Source: the human T2T-CHM13v2.0 reference genome, Homo sapiens. Taken from it: a stretch of DNA of 64,000 nucleotides. The stretch lies in assembly GCF_009914755.1 (NCBI RefSeq), contig NC_060939.1, one strand, 5' to 3'. Numbering within the stretch: position 1 is the first letter of the stretch; each line of letters opens with the position of its first letter. Under the pieces are notes generated by a model. It searched no databases, was not told the origin of the DNA, and saw only the letters and a list, made by a program, of their open reading frames with translations. Positions 59,254-64,000 of this stretch are shown one piece after another. A program made the translations under genes and the position numbers.

Positions 59254-60384
59254 GTGGTGTTGAGTGTGTATTCGTGTGGCCCCTCCCTTGTGTGTAAGCC
59301 TCGAAAATGGATAGGTGAAAGGAGATACGCGCCAGGGCTGCTCCCCGGAAAGATCACGTATGTCACAAAGCCGAAAAGACACTTTTAAAAACTCACTCAT
59401 TAAGCGGAAATCTCATTAGAAACCCAAGGCTTGGTAAAGGAATTGAAGTATTAAGTTTCTCCATAAAAGTGTATCGTGAAGCTATTCGTCGTGAAATTGA
59501 TGTAGGATATTGGTCCAAACTGCAGAATATTCTCTTGGTTATAATAGGCGTCAAGGTGGTGGCTTCGGGCTCCTTTTCAAACATGGCTAAAACCAAGTCT
59601 TGTTTTTAACTCCCTTTGGTTGAGTCAGTGGGTACTCAAGTGCCTGCAGGGTGGCTGGCGTTTGCAAAAACCTTGATGTTATAATTGACCTTAAAATGGT
59701 TACCAGACTATCTGGGCAGAAGGTGTGTTAATTTCAAAAAAAAAAAGACAAGTGCTGTACTGAGGAGATAATTCATTTATTGAATGAATACGTCTGAGTG
59801 TTCTGGGCACTAGTGTTGCAGAATTGAGTGAAGTCGTCCTCGCTCTCAGAACTCAGTCTTCTTGGGGGAAGAGTTCAATAAGGTGACAGCTCCTGTGGTA
59901 TCATCAGGAAAGCCAAAGCAACTAATTTTGACTTGGGGGAGGTGCGCTTCAGGGAAGGCTTTGATGAGAGGCTGAGACAGTTAGAGATGAGCTTCCACAG
60001 GTGACTACAATTTTGGAAGGCTGGCGGAAGGGCATTTTAGACTGAGGAAACTCCACCCAAAGAAGACACGGAGATTTGAGAAAGTGTGGTTTCCTTAGAA
60101 GTAGAAAATTTATGCTAAGACTTGAGAAGCCCACGATACAGGCTGGAGAAGGGGAGGATTTTCCAAGAGTGGAAAACAGAAAGTGTAGTAGTTGTCATGA
60201 AGCAGGTGTTTTAAGGAGACGGGCCTGAATGGCTTCGAGGGTGATTACTCTGGTAGAAGTTGGGGCATGGCCACGAAAAGGTAGGGCTGGTTTGAATGAT
60301 AGGAGACTGAATTTGTAGGCTGTGGGGAGCTACTAAGTTTACTCAGGTAAGTTGGGAGAATGTATCTTTCATCCAGGATTAGAA

Positions 60385-60580
60385 ATGGTTCTCTACAGTG
60401 GGTGGCATTAGGAAATGTGGTTATCCCAGTGGGGGTGGGGTGGTCTTATTGCTGTGCCGGCATTTAGTGCTAGGAGTACAGGGTTACCAAATGTTTTGCA
60501 ACGTTCAGGCAGTCTGCCACAGCAAAGAATTATCCCACCTAAAGTGCCACTGGTGCCCCATCGAGAACCATATTGAAGGC
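60385..60580. mobile_element. MER20-like hAT MITE inside L2
   Basis: caaagaattatcccacctaaagtgccactggtgcccc atcgagaacc. Confidence 0.6.
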
Positions 60581-61003
60581 TGGTAAGAGTCTGCTGCAGA
60601 TAAAAATAAGGAGTGATGACCTGGATTAGGCAGTGGCAACAGAAATGGAGCAAGAAGTGAATGAGACACTTTCAGTACAAGGAGGATTTAGTGAGGACTA
60701 GTGTAATGGCACCCACCGCTAGGTAGAAACTATTAAAATTGACTTGCTAGTGAAATATGACAGACTATCAGGAGATAATTATCATGGCAGCTGCTCAGTA
60801 CAAATGTCTGCTAACTTTTTATTATGGAAAATCATCAAATGTACAAAAGTTGAACAGTGTAATGTAGCCAGCCTCAACAATGATAAACTTTTGGCTAATC
60901 TTCATCTGTACTCCACTTTAGATTATTTTGAAGCAGATTCCAGACAGATCACTTCATCTGTAAATATTTCTGCTTGTATCTTTTGAAGGTAAAAGACTCT
61001 TTT

Positions 61004-61285
61004 ATTTTTTATTATTATTTTTTGAGACGGAGTCTCGCTGTGTCGTCCCAGCTGGAGTGCAGTGGTGTGACCTGGGCCCACTGCAACCTCCGCCTCCCAG
61101 GTTCAAGCAATTCTGCTGCCACCGCCTCCCGAGTAGCTGGGATTACAGGTTTCCGCCGCCACACCCGGCTAATTTTTGTGTTTTTAGTAGAGACGGGGTT
61201 TCACCATGTTGGCCAGGCTGGTCTTGAACTCCACCTCAAGCTCCCAAAGTGCTGGGATTACAGGAGTGAGCCACCGTTCCTGGCC
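61004..61285 (-). mobile_element. AluS with internal deletion
   Basis: TSD GTAAA(A)GACTCTTTT. Confidence 0.9.
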
Positions 61286-64000
61286 GTAAAGACTCTTTTA
61301 AACATGGATGACTGTTTTGATAAAATGACATGGCTTGTTCATGTCGATACCATTTGCTTAGAAGGGAAAGATCAAGGGAAAAATGGGGTTGGATTTCAAA
61401 TGATTTGGTTTGATCGATGATTTGTTATTCTCTAAAGTTGTAACTCTGGAAAAGGTAATGAGTTTGACTTATTCTTTAACTTTTCCTCTTTAGACAGTTC
61501 AAATATTTGAATTCTACATGCTAGGACTTGTTTTCTTTATACTTACCAAGAAACATCCTTATGCAGTTTCTCTAATGTTTGAGAAACTAAGTTGTTTTTT
61601 ACACACGTGCATGCTAGTTCCTGAAGAGTCCTGTACAGGTGCTCTGCTGGCTTTTCCTTTCAGGTTTCTGTATCAGCTGTATTTCTCCCTGTAGAATGTG
61701 CCCCTGACCTCCACCCCTTAACCTTACCCCATTTGTCTTTATATGCCTGACCATCCGTCAAGGCTCTTCTGGGTCATATTTAGTTCATGCTGTTATTTCC
61801 CCTTCCTCCCTTCTTTAGTCCTTACTATTTTTGCTTTGGTCATGTTTTCTTATGCTGTATTCTGTAAGCCTTTAAATTTTTCTTTTTATGGTGGCAGGGG
61901 AGAATATTTTATAATTATGCTTTGTGCTTTTTATCTTCCACTCAATAAATGCTTCATAAATATTTGAGTATATAGCGCTATTCTAGCTGTATTGTATTTG
62001 AACAAAAATCTTAACTGCCTTGTAAGTTAACTGCTAAGAATTTGTCAAAAGTGCAGAGATAACATCAATAACTTGTCATGGATAGTACAAAAAGGTCTCT
62101 AAGGGCTTGATGGAAGTCTGTAAATTGACTTCATATGAGAGTGTAAGAAGTGAAAAAGACCAAAACAGAGTAGATGTTTTACTCTGTAGGCCAAGGGAAT
62201 TGAGCTAATTCTTTTCCTGTTTTATAAATTTGTCCTGATCTTAAATAATGAAGGGAAAAGAGTGCTCTTTTTCAACCTCGAGTCCTTTTTATTCTTTTCT
62301 GTGAAGCCATGATATGAAAGATTGCCTGTTATACAAACTTAAGTATAGTTTTTCCATCTTCAGTAAACTAACCTGATTGCCGTCTAATTAGTTGTTACAA
62401 TCACACCGAAATGCAAAGCAGCTTGTTTTAAGCAGCCTTATTGGGAGCTAGTATATGGCTTTAGTCGTTTTGAAGTATTTAACATAACTTGGCAACTCCA
62501 TTACTCCTTTTATGGACTTTTTGGCATCTGGGCATTCTTGGTAGGAAATCACTGTTTTAGAATGAAAAATCTCCCCCAGGAAGTAAATTAGCTAGTAAAC
62601 AAATGAAACTTCATTTTTTATATTACTTGTAGAGCATAAATGATTACCCTTTCTGCGTATAAGTGGCTGTTTGCTAGGCTGCTTTTAGTGGGACTTTGTT
62701 TTTGATTGGTTAATTAAATTTCTATTCATTATTGCCAAAAAGTGCCTACCCCCAACAGCAAGATACTAAATTTTAAAAATGTTGGAGCTGTGAATCTAGG
62801 AGGAAGTGAGAAGTTTAGCTTTTATTTAGTAGTTAGGAGCTTAAGTAAGTCACTTCTTTTACTGTGTTTCTGTGTACTATAGATAATATTTTTTTGCACT
62901 GCAAGAGAGCATATAGAGGAAAGCTCTTTGGCAATGATATTATGTTCTACAAATATAAAAGCGATGGTGTCATTTGTGGCTGAATAACACTTTATTTTGA
63001 AAATGCTTTATAACAGGTTTTTGTGGGAAATAAAGCAATGCTGTTAACTTCATCTTGCATTTTTCTAGTCTTTACTATGATTAAAAAGTAGTCCAGTCAA
63101 AGTTGTACAAAGGAAATAAACCTGGACTAAGGAGCCTAAGACTTTTCTCTTTGGTTTGCCCTCCTGGGACAGATTACCTTTCCAAATTGAATTCATGGAA
63201 GAGCATTTGGAAATATCAGAACTGTCATGTTAAGCACCTAAGTGGTACTTTCATTCCAGAAGAATCATTGTTTTCGTTTATCTGACCAATTTATAATATA
63301 GGGTCAAATTCCTGGTGGTTATTTATGCTCCCTCATCCCCATTTTTATACCTGTCCTTGAAAGGAACAGATATATGAAGAGAAGACTTAGGTTTCCCTTT
63401 TGTGAATAGTATATCCCTTAGTATCTTGATTTTTTTTTTTTAATTTGGTTAAACATATTTAGACCTGGAAAAGGGTAGTATTTGATAAATGTCAGCTAGT
63501 TGAGGGGTGGGGAATTGAGTTGAATGGAGATAGTCACTGCCAAATGTCAAGCATGACTGGAGAGCCAGAGTGATAAAGCAGGGGTCCCTTTTTCCAGATC
63601 CTTTGTAACAGTGTTATGTGATCTCTTCTAGAAGATTCTGAAAGATAATCCCAACTTGGAACCTAGGAAACCACCCAGTGGGTTTCTGCAGCTTAGGTGG
63701 TTCAGATCCTCATCAGCACCTTTTTCTGTGCCTCAGTTTGCTTACAATGATGTTCTCAGTAGCTGTAATTTGCTGCTTGTGTTTGAATACTTAAGCATTT
63801 TCTTTTTATCATGGGTATATGAACATTTTTATTTCAACAAGTGTTAGAATTTTTACTCTGCTTTTGTGGGCTCTAGGTTAGCTACTTGGTTGTTTATTTG
63901 TAAAATGATTAGCAGGGAACCATGTGTATGCATTTTAAGTATCTTTTGTTGTCAGAGCAGTTAGAATTTTATTAAGGTACTATATGCTAATTCTGTCAAT

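Larger units (their letters stand above)
57720..59350. promoter_or_regulatory. CpG island / UBE2Q2 promoter
   Basis: Very high GC and CpG density, many GGGGCGGGG boxes, YY1 motif CGCCATTTT at 58278-58286. Confidence 0.92.

Noticed and set aside
61300-64000. Searched for UBE2Q2 exon 2
   Set aside because: No matching coding segment; intron 1 continues past the window

Overview
Primate genomic DNA, most likely human chr15q24 (identified from recalled gene content, no database available). Left end: last five coding exons and long AT-rich 3'UTR of a GOLGA6-family golgin copy (+), then a tail-to-tail two-exon DNM1 pseudogene fragment (-). Together these form the chr15 GOLGA/DNM1P core duplicon. 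Right end: CpG-island promoter, first coding exon, an alternative first coding exon and intron 1 of UBE2Q2 (+). The ~50 kb between is rich in Alu, L1, L2, MIR, MaLR/ERV LTR and DNA-transposon relics. Its unique parts contain a series of minus-strand GT-AG exon-like segments (about 12.2-56.2 kb), several joining in compatible phase with mostly TGA stops. I interpret these as a decayed multi-exon unitary pseudogene lying head-to-head with UBE2Q2, with by-eye similarity to GREB1/GREB1L; this is a hypothesis needing homology searches. Also seen: two short local templated duplications, a micro-inversion, a MER85 with a perfect hairpin, and nested target-site duplications around the GOLGA 3'UTR insert. 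Repeat subfamily names and reference protein sequences come from memory and are approximate.
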